Assembly: GCA_963705205.1 (NCBI GenBank)
Contig: CAVPJG010000001.1
Location: 3,871-67,870, forward strand
DNA from: an uncultured Thermoleophilia bacterium
GTDB lineage: Bacteria > Actinomycetota > Thermoleophilia > UBA2241
Reading direction: 5' to 3'
Length of the DNA: 64,000 bases
Below, in pieces: positions 10,344 to 20,556 of this stretch (position 1 is the first letter of the stretch; each line of letters begins with the position of its first letter). Below the pieces are notes generated by a model, which was not told the origin of the DNA, did no database searches, and worked only from the letters and a program-made list of their open reading frames with translations. A program made the translations under genes and the position numbers.

Positions 10344-10369
10344 CGCCGCGCCCGCCCCGGCGGTGGCGC

Positions 10370-11410
10370 TTACGGGGCCGTCGTGGCCGGCGGCGAGGCG
10401 GCCGGGCTCGGCGACGCGGTGAGCAGCGCCGGGTCGAAGCCCGCGGCGTACGCGATGCCGGCGGCCTCCATGGCCGTCTTGAGCCAGTCTTCCCAGGCCG
10501 TGGCCTGCTTCTGGTACTTGAGTTGCTGCTCGATGGTCGCCTTGGCCTCTTCGAAGGTCTGCTTGCTCCCCGGGGTCTTCTTGGTGACCTCGATCACGTG
10601 GTAGCCGAACTGCGTCTTGACCGGCTGCGAGACCTCGCCGATCTCCAGAGAGAAGGCCTCGTCCTCGAACTCCTTGACCATGCGGCCCTTGGGGAAGTTG
10701 CCGAGGTCGCCGCCCTTGGTCTTCGAGCCCGGGTCGGTGGAGTACTCCTTGGCGACCTTCTTCCAGTTCGCGTCGCTGCCGTCGGCCTCGAGGAGATCGC
10801 GGACCTCCTCAGCCTCGGCCTTGGTCTTCACGAGCACGTGACGGGCATCGACGCTCTCGGGGACGTTGAACTGCGACGTGTTGTCGGGGTTCTCGAAGTA
10901 CTTCTTGAGGTCGGCCTCGCTGACCTTGATGTCCGCGTAGACCTTCTGCTGCACGGCGTCCTGCAGCATCTGCGCCCTGAGCTGCTCCTCGAGCTGCGGC
11001 TGCGTCACGGCCTGCTCCTTGAGCAGCTTGTCGAGCTTCTTCTGGCCGCCGACCTGCTGCACGATCTGCTTCATGCGCTCCTCGAGCTGCTTGTCGGTCA
11101 CGGTGACCTTGAGCTCGGCGGCCTTCTCCTTGATGATCTCGTTCTGGACGAGGTAGTTGACGATGCTGGCCTTGAGCTGGTTGTACTGCGCCGAGCCCTC
11201 CTCCGGGAACGGCGGCGCGCCTTCCTGTGACTTGTACTGTGCCTCGGCCTGCGTCCAGATCTGGTCGAACTGCTCCTGTGTGACCACTCCGCTGCCGACG
11301 GCCGCGACGGCGCCGGCGGGGACCTTCACTTCGTCGCTGCCGCAACCGGCCACGAGCAGCGCCGGCAGCACGAGGGCGAGGAGGGCCACACCAACGATGA
11401 GCTTCTTCAT
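10370..11410 (-). CDS. prsA: PrsA-like parvulin peptidyl-prolyl isomerase lipoprotein
   Basis: Lipobox LVAGC; ARHVLV, STDPGSK.KGGDLG, MVKEFE, PVKTQFGYHVI. Confidence 0.9.
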   Translation of the reverse strand: MKKLIVGVALLALVLPALLVAGCGSDEVKVPAGAVAAVGSGVVTQEQFDQIWTQAEAQYKSQEGAPPFPEEGSAQYNQLKASIVNYLVQNEIIKEKAAELKVTVTDKQLEERMKQIVQQVGGQKKLDKLLKEQAVTQPQLEEQLRAQMLQDAVQQKVYADIKVSEADLKKYFENPDNTSQFNVPESVDARHVLVKTKAEAEEVRDLLEADGSDANWKKVAKEYSTDPGSKTKGGDLGNFPKGRMVKEFEDEAFSLEIGEVSQPVKTQFGYHVIEVTKKTPGSKQTFEEAKATIEQQLKYQKQATAWEDWLKTAMEAAGIAYAAGFDPALLTASPSPAASPPATTAP

Positions 11411-14400
11411 AGGTTCTCTCTCCCAGGGATCGACGACCTGTCGTGAGACACACGAGAGGCGAGTATAGCATCGAGCGTAGCCTCGACCCACCGCAGCAGC
11501 GGAGGCTCCTGGCCCTCCCGATGGACGGCCAGCACATGGTCCTTCTTGAAGTACGTGGCACGCCCGTTGGAGGTTCGCAGACGGGTCGCAGAAGCGTCGT
11601 CGAGGTCGACGCCGTCGACCTGCAGGCGGCTGCCGCGGTAGGCGGCGGCGGTTGCTCCCAGCTCCGCCGCCTTGATACGGATCGCCTGCAGCGTGATGAG
11701 GTTCTCCACCGGCTCGGGCGGCGCGCCGAAGCGATCGGCGAGCTCGGCGCGCACGTCGCCGAGCTCGCCGATCGTGCGCGCCCGGGCGATGCGCCGGTGC
11801 GCGTCGATCTTGGTCGCCTCGTAGGCGATGTACTCCGGCGGCACGTAGGCGGTGACCGGCATGTCGACGCGGACCGGCGCGGCGATCGCCGCCTCCTCGC
11901 CGGCCAGCTCGTTCACCGCCTCCTCGAGCATCTGCGCGTACATCTCGAAGCCGACCGCGGCGACGTGCCCGCTCTGCTCGTCGCCGAGCAGGTTGCCGGC
12001 GCCGCGGATCTCAAGGTCGGCCATGGCGATCTTGAACCCGGCGCCAAGGTCGGTGTGGTCGCTCAGCGTGGTCAGACGCGCGGCCGCCTCGCTCGTCAGC
12101 AGGTCGTCACTCGGGTAGAGCAGGTAGGCGAACGCGTGCGCGTCGCTGCGCCCGATGCGCCCGCGGATCTGGTACAGCTGCGCGAGGCCGAGCATGTCGG
12201 CGCGCTCCACGACGAGCGTGTTGGCGGTCGGGATGTCGATCCCACTCTCGATGATCGACGTGGTCACCAGCACGTCCGCCTCTCCGGCGAGGAACGCCAG
12301 CATGACCTTCTCGAGCGTGCGTTCGGCCATCTGCCCGTGCGCCACCAGGACGCGCGCGCCGGGCGCGAGCGCGCGCACGTGCTCGGCCGCCCGGTCGATC
12401 GTCTCCACGCGGTTGTGCAAGTAGAAAGCCTGGCCCTCGCGGGCCAGCTCCTTCTCGATGGCGACGCGCACCAGGTCGTCCCTGTACTCGCCGATGTAGG
12501 TGCGGATCTCGTGCCGGCCGCGCGGGGCCGTCTCGATCACCGAGATGTCGCGGATGCCGCTCAGGCTCATCTGCAGGGTGCGCGGGATGGGCGTGGCCGA
12601 GAGGCTCATCACGTCCACCTGGAGCTTGAGGTTGCGCAGCAACTCCTTCTGGCGCACGCCGAAGCGCTGCTCCTCGTCGACGATGACCAGGCCCAGTTCC
12701 TTCGGCCGCACGTCCGTGCTCAGCAGGCGGTGCGTCCCGACCAGCACGTCGATCTCCCCCCGGCTGAACGCGGCGAGCGTCCTGCGCTGCTCGGCGCCGC
12801 TGCGGAACCGGGAGACCATGCCCACCCTGACCGGCAGGTCGGCGAAGCGCTCCTCGAACGTCATCCAGTGCTGCTCGGCCAGGATGGTCGTCGGGACGAG
12901 GACGAGCGTCTGCTTCCCGGCCTCAGCGGCCTTGAACGCCGCGCGCAGCGCGACCTCGGTCTTGCCGTAGCCGACGTCACCGCAGATGAGGCGGTCCATC
13001 GGGTGCGGCGCCTCCAGGTCGTTCTTGACCTCGTCGATGGCCTCCGCCTGGTCGTCGGTCTCCTCGTAGGGAAAGGCGTCCTCCAGGCGGCGCATGAGCT
13101 CGCCGTCGGGCGGGAACGCGAAGCCGGGGATGGCCTGGCGGGCGGCGTACAGCTGAAGCAGCTCGCCGGCCATCTCGACCACGGCCGTGCGCGCCCGCGT
13201 CTTGACCGTCTGCCAGTGCGTGCCGCCGAGCTTGTCGAGCGACGGCGTCGCGCCCGACGCTCCTACGTAGCGGCTGACCTTGCCGATCTGGTCGTGCGGG
13301 ACGAAGACGCGGTCGTCGCCGCGGAACTCGAGGAGGAGGTAGTCGCGGGTGACGCCGGCGACCGTGCGCGTCTCGATTCCGGCGAAGCGGGCGATGCCGT
13401 GGTCCTCGTGGACCACGTGGTCGCCCGGGCGAACGTCGAAGAAGGTGGTGAGCCGCGTGCCGGCCGCGAAGCGGCGCTCACGCGGCGCCGCGCGGATGAG
13501 CGCGCGCTCGTTGACGACGGCGAGCTTGAGGTCCTCGGCCACGAAGCCGTCGCGCAGGGGCGCGGCGACGAAGTAGAGCCCGGGGGCCGCCTCGCCGCCC
13601 CGGGCCAGCTGCCCCGGCGTCACGACCTCGGCCGAGATGTTGCGCAGCCGGAAGGTGGCGCGCTCGGCCTCGCCCTCGTGGCGGAACACGACGAACAGGC
13701 GGTAGTCGTCGTTGACCAGCCGGACGAGGTCGCGCTCGGCGCTGGCGAGGTCGCGCGCCGCGAACTGCGGGCGAGAGGCGGCGAACTGGAGCGGCTGGTC
13801 GCGCTGCACGACGTCGAGGTGCAGCGCCTTGGTGAGGAGGGCGCGGGCATCGGCGAGCGGCACATACAGCCGCTCGCGCAGGCCCGCGCCCGGCACGGCC
13901 GCCGCCACCTCGCCGTCGAAGTCGGCGAGCGCGCGGTAGGTCTCGTCCGGGTTGAAGACGGCCCAGCCGGCGCCCGCCGCGGCGGCCAGTGCGCCCAGTG
14001 TCGTGAAGCGGCCGGCCAGCGCCGCGAGCGCGCGCACGGCCGCGCGGCGCTCGAGCTCCTCCGGCGTCTCCTCGCGGCCCTCGCGCTCCCACTCGGCCAC
14101 TGCCTGATGCAGCCCGCTGACGTACTCCGGCTGGGACGCGTCGGCCTCGAACGCGGCGAACACGGTCGCCGCCTCGATCTCGCCCGTCGTCCGCTGCGAG
14201 TAGATGGAGAAGGTACGCAGGCGCTCGACCTCGTCCCCCCACAACTCCACGCGCAGGGGGTCGCCGAGCGCGGGATAGACGTCGATGAGGCCGCCGCGTA
14301 CGGCGAACTCGCCGCGGGCGCGCACCTGCTCGATGCGCTGGTAGCCGAGCGCGGCGAGACGGGCGACCGCGCCGTCGAAGTCGATCTCATCGCCGGGAGA

Positions 14401-14793
14401 GATGGGAAGGGGCCGCGGCTGGAGCTCGAGCGGCAGGAACCGCTCGAGCAGCGCCACGGCCTCGGCGACGACCACGCCGCCGGCGGCGAGCGCCGTGAGC
14501 GCCTGCTGGCGCTCACCGACGACGTGCGGCGAGGGCGCCACGTCGGCGCCGTACAGCACGCCGCGCGCAGGCAGTACCGGCACGGCCACGTCGAGATAGA
14601 CGGAGAGGTCGGCGGCGAGCCGCGTGGCCGCCTCGCCGTCGGGAGCGACGACGACGTACCCGCCGCAACCCGCCAGGGCGGCGGCGAGCACGTATGGAGC
14701 GTAGAAGCTCGGCGCGTACGCACCCGCGCCGCGCCGCAGCCGCGGCGCGGCCGCCTCGAACGTCTCGTCGTTCAACAGGTAGTCGAGAAACAC
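11407..14793 (-). CDS. mfd: Transcription-repair coupling factor
   Basis: GDHVVHEDHGIARF (RID), CGDVGYGKTEVA, DEEQRFGV, SATPIPRTL, QIRGRIGRS, DLEIRGAGNLLG; GTG start with GGAGG SD. Confidence 0.98.
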   Translation of the reverse strand: MFLDYLLNDETFEAAAPRLRRGAGAYAPSFYAPYVLAAALAGCGGYVVVAPDGEAATRLAADLSVYLDVAVPVLPARGVLYGADVAPSPHVVGERQQALTALAAGGVVVAEAVALLERFLPLELQPRPLPISPGDEIDFDGAVARLAALGYQRIEQVRARGEFAVRGGLIDVYPALGDPLRVELWGDEVERLRTFSIYSQRTTGEIEAATVFAAFEADASQPEYVSGLHQAVAEWEREGREETPEELERRAAVRALAALAGRFTTLGALAAAAGAGWAVFNPDETYRALADFDGEVAAAVPGAGLRERLYVPLADARALLTKALHLDVVQRDQPLQFAASRPQFAARDLASAERDLVRLVNDDYRLFVVFRHEGEAERATFRLRNISAEVVTPGQLARGGEAAPGLYFVAAPLRDGFVAEDLKLAVVNERALIRAAPRERRFAAGTRLTTFFDVRPGDHVVHEDHGIARFAGIETRTVAGVTRDYLLLEFRGDDRVFVPHDQIGKVSRYVGASGATPSLDKLGGTHWQTVKTRARTAVVEMAGELLQLYAARQAIPGFAFPPDGELMRRLEDAFPYEETDDQAEAIDEVKNDLEAPHPMDRLICGDVGYGKTEVALRAAFKAAEAGKQTLVLVPTTILAEQHWMTFEERFADLPVRVGMVSRFRSGAEQRRTLAAFSRGEIDVLVGTHRLLSTDVRPKELGLVIVDEEQRFGVRQKELLRNLKLQVDVMSLSATPIPRTLQMSLSGIRDISVIETAPRGRHEIRTYIGEYRDDLVRVAIEKELAREGQAFYLHNRVETIDRAAEHVRALAPGARVLVAHGQMAERTLEKVMLAFLAGEADVLVTTSIIESGIDIPTANTLVVERADMLGLAQLYQIRGRIGRSDAHAFAYLLYPSDDLLTSEAAARLTTLSDHTDLGAGFKIAMADLEIRGAGNLLGDEQSGHVAAVGFEMYAQMLEEAVNELAGEEAAIAAPVRVDMPVTAYVPPEYIAYEATKIDAHRRIARARTIGELGDVRAELADRFGAPPEPVENLITLQAIRIKAAELGATAAAYRGSRLQVDGVDLDDASATRLRTSNGRATYFKKDHVLAVHREGQEPPLLRWVEATLDAILASRVSHDRSSIPGRENL

Positions 14794-14961
14794 CCTTTGA
14801 CCTCCTCCGGGCGGCGCCTCACGCTCCGCCCGCGGCGCGCCGGCCGGGGGCCGGACACGCCGAACGCCCCGCACGCCTCACGGCGGCGGGGCTCTCCCCA
14901 TTCTAGCCGATGACCTGCCGGCCGGAGCGTGGCCCGGCGCCACGACGGCCGGGCCCGGGCG

Positions 14962-16683
14962 TCAGCGCCGGGGGACCGATGCGGCGACCGGCGCCACACC
15001 CCCGACGACCACCGCGGCGCGGCTCGCCGTCGCCTGGCGGCCGCCCGCGACGTCGTAGGCGCGGCCGCGCACGCTGTACCGGCCGCGCGGCCAGCTCGCC
15101 CGAAGCGCCCATTCCCCACGCTCGCCGACCGCGACGGCAGGGATGCGGCGGTGAGCGATCAGTCTGCCGGCGGCGTCGCGCAGGCTGAGCTCGACGATCG
15201 CGCTGGCGCTGGAGAAGGCCGGATCCGTGAGCCGCCAGCGGATCACCGCCTGCGCGCCGCGCCCCACCGCGTCGCCGCGGATCTCCACCCGCGGGGCCCG
15301 CCTGTCCGCGGCGCCGGCGGCGTCCACGAACGCCTTGAGGCACACGTTGGCGCGCGACAGACCCGTGCGGCTCGTCAGGTCCTTCCACGACGAGCCGTCG
15401 GCGCTCACGTACGACTGCCCCGCGCGCGCCCGCGGAGAGATGAGGTCGGACGGCGCCTCCACGGGCACGGGCTCCGCCCAGCCCGGCGTCGTCACGCGGA
15501 CGGCGGCCACGAACGTCTCCCCCGCCGTCACCGCAGCCGGCTCCTCCAGGCGGACCGTGTGGTACCCGGCCACGGAGAGAGTCCCGGTGGCGGCGTCCGG
15601 AGCGGCCGCGACACCCCGCAGGGCGCGCGCGACGCGCACCTGATACGCCGTGCCCGGCACGGGTGCGTAGAACGAGACCGCCGTCACGCGACCGGTGCCG
15701 GCGCCGGTGAAGCGGTTGGCGAACCACGCCTGCTCCCCGCCGTCGGCGGTGATCCAGCGGCTGCGGCCGAGCGCGTCGTACTGGTAGACGGCGTCGTAGT
15801 TGCCCGCGGGCTCGACGCCCGAGAACACCACCAGCGCATCCCCGATGGTGGCGTCGTAGTAGGAGACCCAAAGGTAGCCCTCGTCGGCGAAGTCGGCGCC
15901 CCAGCTGTTCTTGATGAGGAACGCACCGTCCCCGGGAGGCCTCGACCCCGCAAGGAAGTCAGACGCCGGGTAGGCGTCGTCCCAGCCCACGACGAGGATG
16001 TGGTGGTTCGGCTTGCTGCGAGTGGCGTTGAAGTAGGCGTGGGTCGACGCGTTCCATGACTCGAACTCGTCCTGCACGTGGAAGTCGACGGCCGCATCCA
16101 GGCCGCCGTAGTTCATGACCGCCCACTTGACGGCGTCGTTGTCCAGGGGTCCCTGCCGCTCGGGCAGGAAGAGCGCCTCCTGAAGGTGGCGCACGGCGGG
16201 CAGGTACGGCGGCGACTTGCCGGGACGCGGGTACGGATCCGAGGACTCCCGAACGGGACCCTCCCAGCGAGCGTAGTAGGCGAGCGCCAGCTCACTCGGA
16301 GCCATGCCCTCGTAGTCGAGCCGCGAGGACATGTGATTGGCCAGGTTGTTCTCGGAGAAGTCCAACGGCAGACCCTCCTTGCGGAGCACGACCGACTCCA
16401 GCGAGCCCATGGCCGCCATGATCCAGCAGGTACTGTAGCTGTCCTGCGAGCGCACGGCGGTCAAGCGGCCCTCCGCGCGCAGGTCGAACGCCGCCGGGTA
16501 CGGGCCCGCGGTCTCCCAGGGCGCTGCGCCCGGGGACGAGGCCGCGGAGCCGGTGCCGGCGAACGCGGCCGTCGCGGGCGCCGGCGCCGCGCCGGCGGCG
16601 CCCTCCGGCAGGTCGCCGGACAGCGCGGCCAGCGAGGCCAGCGCGACGACCAGCAGAAGACAGGTTCCCGCGCGCCGTCTCAC
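14962..16683 (-). CDS. Secreted papain-family (C1A) cysteine protease with C-terminal lectin-like domain
   Basis: Signal peptide; FDLR, QDSYSTCW (Gln/Cys), PNHH.LVVGWDD (His), IKNSWG (Asn); YQYDALG...ANVCLKAF region. Confidence 0.88.
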   Translation of the reverse strand: MRRRAGTCLLLVVALASLAALSGDLPEGAAGAAPAPATAAFAGTGSAASSPGAAPWETAGPYPAAFDLRAEGRLTAVRSQDSYSTCWIMAAMGSLESVVLRKEGLPLDFSENNLANHMSSRLDYEGMAPSELALAYYARWEGPVRESSDPYPRPGKSPPYLPAVRHLQEALFLPERQGPLDNDAVKWAVMNYGGLDAAVDFHVQDEFESWNASTHAYFNATRSKPNHHILVVGWDDAYPASDFLAGSRPPGDGAFLIKNSWGADFADEGYLWVSYYDATIGDALVVFSGVEPAGNYDAVYQYDALGRSRWITADGGEQAWFANRFTGAGTGRVTAVSFYAPVPGTAYQVRVARALRGVAAAPDAATGTLSVAGYHTVRLEEPAAVTAGETFVAAVRVTTPGWAEPVPVEAPSDLISPRARAGQSYVSADGSSWKDLTSRTGLSRANVCLKAFVDAAGAADRRAPRVEIRGDAVGRGAQAVIRWRLTDPAFSSASAIVELSLRDAAGRLIAHRRIPAVAVGERGEWALRASWPRGRYSVRGRAYDVAGGRQATASRAAVVVGGVAPVAASVPRR

Positions 16684-16793
16684 GAGGCGCCTGAGTACAC
16701 GAGGAAGATCATGCCTCTCTTATCCCCCGGGACGGCGAGGCGAGTCAAGCCGGGTTCCCCGGCGTCGCGTCGCATCGTAGTATGAGGTGCAGC

Positions 16794-18233
16794 ATGGGAG
16801 GGACAGTCATCGCAGATGCGCTCCCGGCGCGGGCCGGCGCCCGGGGCACGCGACACCGGCGCTCGCGCGTCCTCCTCCTGCTCCTCGCGCTGGTCCTCGC
16901 GACCGCCTCCGGGGGAGCCCTCTGCCCGGCTCCCGCCGTCGCCGGCGTCGACGACGCCATCGTCGCGTCCCTGCGGCAGGCCGGCCTGCACGGCTCGGGC
17001 ACGGGCGTCTACGTCTGGGACCTCGACGCCGCTCTCCCGGTCTACGAGCTCAACGCCGGCACCAGCCTGACGCCGGCGTCCAACCTCAAGATCGTGACCA
17101 GCGCGGCTGCGATCCTCGATTGGGGCGTCGATCACCGCTTCGCCACCGAGCTCTACGCCGAGGACGTGCCGGGCGCCGTCGGCGGGGAGCTGCGTGGAGA
17201 TGTCTACCTCCGCGGGCTCGGCGACCCGAGCCTCTCGACGCGGGCCTACCAGCAGGACGTGTTCGGCATGACGACCGCGTCGTTCGAGACCTTCGCCAGG
17301 GCGCTCAAGCGTGAGGGCGTCAGGAGGGTCCGGGGCAGGATCCTCGGCGACGCTTCCTGGTTCGACAAGCTCAGGACCGTGCCGTCCTGGAAGGACGGGC
17401 TGCAGCTCGAGTGCGGCCCGCTCTCCGCCCTGTCCGGCAACCAGGGCCTCAACAACGGCAACCGTGTGAGCGCTCCGGCGACTTATGCGGCCAAGCTCAT
17501 GAAGCAGGCGCTCGCGAACGCCGGCGTCCGGGTCACGGGCCGTCCGGGGACGGCCAAGGTGCCGGACACCGTGACGGTCGTCGATCGGCAGTACTCGGCG
17601 GCGCTCCGCGGCATCCTCAAGCACATGAACAAGGAGAGCGACAACGCCTTCGCCGAGATGCTGCTCAAGGGGCTCGGCAAGGAGTTCTACGGCGACGGCA
17701 GCACGGCGGCTGGGACCCGGGCGAGCAAGGCCGCCCTGCACGCGCTCGGCGTCAAGACCGGCACCTACGTCGTCCAGGACGGCTCGGGGCTGAGCTACGG
17801 CAACCGGATGACCGCCGAGGGCGTGGTCAAGGTGCTCGGCGCCCTGCGCCAGCGCGACGACTTCGACGACTTCTACGACTCGCTGGCGATCGCCGGCGAG
17901 GACGGCACGATCCACGACCGCATGCGCGGCACCGCGGCCGCCGGCAACGCGCGGGTCAAGACGGGCACGCTCAACGTCGCCATCTGCCTCTCCGGGTACG
18001 TGACGAGCGCCAACGACCACCTGGTCGCGTTCTCGATCCTCATGAACGGCGGGTCGCTGGACTGGGGGCGGGCCACCGAGGCACAGGACGCCATCGTGGT
18101 GGCCCTCGCCAGGTCCACGCTGCCCGGCGAGCCTGTGCTGGCGGTGACGCCGGTGCTCCGCCAGCACTCCGTCTCAGCCGTCGAGACGGTTCACGGCGTT
18201 GGCGGCGGCCTCAAGCCCGGCGTCCAGCCATAG
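16794..18233 (+). CDS. dacB: D-Ala-D-Ala carboxypeptidase/endopeptidase, PBP4 family (peptidase S13)
   Basis: PASNLK (SxxK), ESDN (SxN), DGSGLS, VKTGTL (KTG); start uncertain. Confidence 0.92.
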   Translation: MGGTVIADALPARAGARGTRHRRSRVLLLLLALVLATASGGALCPAPAVAGVDDAIVASLRQAGLHGSGTGVYVWDLDAALPVYELNAGTSLTPASNLKIVTSAAAILDWGVDHRFATELYAEDVPGAVGGELRGDVYLRGLGDPSLSTRAYQQDVFGMTTASFETFARALKREGVRRVRGRILGDASWFDKLRTVPSWKDGLQLECGPLSALSGNQGLNNGNRVSAPATYAAKLMKQALANAGVRVTGRPGTAKVPDTVTVVDRQYSAALRGILKHMNKESDNAFAEMLLKGLGKEFYGDGSTAAGTRASKAALHALGVKTGTYVVQDGSGLSYGNRMTAEGVVKVLGALRQRDDFDDFYDSLAIAGEDGTIHDRMRGTAAAGNARVKTGTLNVAICLSGYVTSANDHLVAFSILMNGGSLDWGRATEAQDAIVVALARSTLPGEPVLAVTPVLRQHSVSAVETVHGVGGGLKPGVQP

Positions 18234-18774
18234 CTCGACCGCGTCGGCCGCCGCGGCCGTCACCCGGTCGACCTCCGCGCTGCTCTCGCGGAACGGGCTG
18301 AGCACGTACTCAGCGACCACGTCGGGGTCGGTGCTCGGCGGCCGATCCACGCCCACGCGCAGGCGCGCGTAGCCGGCGCCCAGCAGCCCGGTGATGCTCT
18401 TGAGGCCGTTGTGACCCCCGCTGCCGCCGCCCTCCATGAGCCGCAGGCGCCCGAACGGCAGGTCGATGTGGTCGTGCACGACGAGCACGTCCTCGAGCCG
18501 CAGCTTGACCGCGCGCAGCGCGGCGGCCACGCTGCGGCCCGAGTCGTTCATGAACGTGGTCGGCTGCAGCAGGAGCACGAAGCGCCCGCTGACCACGCCC
18601 TCGGCGCAGCGCCCGTCGAACCCCCGCCTGGCGCGCGGGACGCCGTGCCGGCGCGCGAGCTCCTCGACCACGCGATAGCCGACGTTGTGCGGCGTGCCCT
18701 CGGTACGCCGGCCCGGGATTGCCCAAGCCGACGACGAGGCGCTCGACGCTCGCTGAGGGGCGGAACACGGCCAC
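18174..18774 (-). CDS. pth: Peptidyl-tRNA hydrolase, interrupted by a +1 frameshift near 18702
   Basis: LVVGLGNPG in one frame; TPHNVG, PTTFMNDSG, GGSGGHNGLKS, RLRVGV in the next; total length 601 nt = 3n+1. Confidence 0.92.
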
Positions 18775-18809
18775 GATGCCTCGCGGTCAGGCGGCCCGCC
18801 GGAGGACGA

Positions 18810-19475
18810 TCAGGCCTCGGCCTCGTCTTCCTTCTTGCCGACGAGCTCGGGCTCGGCGGCAGCGACCTCGGCCCCTGCGGCCTCCTCGCCCTCGGCGCCC
18901 TCCTCGACCTCGACCTTGCGCGGCGGCAGCACCGAGCAGAGGACGTCCTCTAGGTCCGCCAGCACCTCGATACCCTCGGGCACCTGCAGGTCGGCGACCT
19001 TGAGCGTCTCGTTCATGTCCAGCTCGCTGATGTCCATGACGAGGTGCTCGGGGATCGCCGTCACGACGCCCTTGACGGTGACCTCGCGGACGGCCTCGTC
19101 GAGCATGCCGCCGGCCTTGACGCCCTTGGCCTCGCCCTCGAAGCGGATGGCGACGCTGGTCTCGATGGTCTCGTCCAGCCGGATCTCCTGGAGGTCGACG
19201 TGGACCACGTTGCTCTTGACCCTGTCGAGGTCGAGCTGCTTGACGATCGCCTTGTGGCCGCGCTTCTGGCCCTCGAAGGTGACATCGAGTACGGCGTGCG
19301 TGCCGGCGCTCGTGCTCAGCGCCTCGCGCAGCGCGTGCGGCTCGACGGCGATGAGGACGGCGTCCTTGCCGTGCCCGTAGAGGACGCCCGGGATGAGCCC
19401 GGACTTGCGCATGCGCCTTGCGGCGCGGGAACCGGTGACGTCGCGCTTGTGCACGACGATGCTGACGTTGTCCAT
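18810..19475 (-). CDS. rplY: 50S ribosomal protein L25/Ctc
   Basis: RRMRKSGLIPGVLYG, HVDLQ, GVKAGG, IPEHL; follows prs. Confidence 0.96.
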   Translation of the reverse strand: MDNVSIVVHKRDVTGSRAARRMRKSGLIPGVLYGHGKDAVLIAVEPHALREALSTSAGTHAVLDVTFEGQKRGHKAIVKQLDLDRVKSNVVHVDLQEIRLDETIETSVAIRFEGEAKGVKAGGMLDEAVREVTVKGVVTAIPEHLVMDISELDMNETLKVADLQVPEGIEVLADLEDVLCSVLPPRKVEVEEGAEGEEAAGAEVAAAEPELVGKKEDEAEA

Positions 19476-19485
19476 GTGTGGTCTC

Positions 19486-20481
19486 CTAGAACAGCTGATT
19501 GTCGCCGGCGAAGATCTCGCTCACCGACTCGTCTTCGAACACGTTCCTGATGGTACGGGCGAGGATGTCGGCCACCGACAGCACCTTGATCTTGGTGTCG
19601 TCGAAGCCCAGCTTGATGTTGATGGTGTCCGTCACCACGACCTCTTTGACCGGAGAGCGCCGGATGCGCTCGCAGGCAGGCCCGCTGAAGATCCCGTGGG
19701 TCGCGGTGACGTAGACCTCTTTGGCGCCGTTGTCGTACAGCGTGTCGATCGCGCTCGTGACGGACCCCGCGGTGTCGATGATGTCGTCCACGATGATGGC
19801 GATCTTGTCGCGCACGTCGCCGATGAAGTGCAGGGTCTCGGCGACGTTGTGGTCGGGACGCATCTTCGTGAGCACGGCCAGGTCGCACCCCGGGACGCGG
19901 TTGATGAACCGCTTGGCGAGCTTGACCCCGCCGGCGTCGGCCGAGACGGCGACGAGGGGCGTGTCGCCGAAGTCCTTGTAGCGGAAGTAGTCCGCCAGCA
20001 TGGGCACCGCCGTCATGTGGTCCACCGGGATCTCGAAGAACCCCTGGATCTGGCCCTGATGCAGGTCCATCGACAGGACGCGGTCCACCTTTGAGGCCTC
20101 GAGCAGCGTGGCGACCAGGCGCGCGGTGATGGGCTCGCGGGCCGCGCTCTTCTTGTCCTGCCGCGAGTACGGGTAGTACGGCATGACGGCGGTGATGCGC
20201 TTGGCCGAGGCCAGCTGCGCCGCCTGGATCATGATGAGCAGCTCCATGAGCTCGCCGTTGATGTCGTCGGACGGCGACTGCACGATGAACATGTCGGAGC
20301 CGCGGACGTTCTCCTCGAAGCGGGCGTAGATCTCCCCGTTGGAGAAGGTCTTGAGCTCGACGTTGCCGGGGGCGACGTCCAGCTTGTCGGCGATCTTCGC
20401 CGCGAGGACTGGGTTGCTGCGCCCCGAGAAGATCATGAGCCGCTTGCGCGGCGAGGTCACGCAGCAGGTGCTGTCCGCCAC
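19486..20481 (-). CDS. prs: Ribose-phosphate pyrophosphokinase
   Basis: FSNGE, PYYPYSRQDKK, DLHQGQIQGFF, VDDIIDTAGS, ATHGIFS. Confidence 0.98.
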   Translation of the reverse strand: MADSTCCVTSPRKRLMIFSGRSNPVLAAKIADKLDVAPGNVELKTFSNGEIYARFEENVRGSDMFIVQSPSDDINGELMELLIMIQAAQLASAKRITAVMPYYPYSRQDKKSAAREPITARLVATLLEASKVDRVLSMDLHQGQIQGFFEIPVDHMTAVPMLADYFRYKDFGDTPLVAVSADAGGVKLAKRFINRVPGCDLAVLTKMRPDHNVAETLHFIGDVRDKIAIIVDDIIDTAGSVTSAIDTLYDNGAKEVYVTATHGIFSGPACERIRRSPVKEVVVTDTINIKLGFDDTKIKVLSVADILARTIRNVFEDESVSEIFAGDNQLF

Positions 20482-20556
20482 CGTTCGCCTCTCTTCCGTT
20501 TCAGACGCCGGACCGGTCCACGATTGTACCAAAGCGCGAACGCGAGCGGCCGTGGC

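Noticed and set aside
11443-14913. 1156-aa plus-strand ORF, and similar long antisense ORFs (e.g. 32575-34656, 34637-36904, 36406-38337, 60978-62960)
   Set aside because: Shadow frames of real minus-strand genes; high GC3 suppresses stops on the opposite strand; no recognisable motifs.
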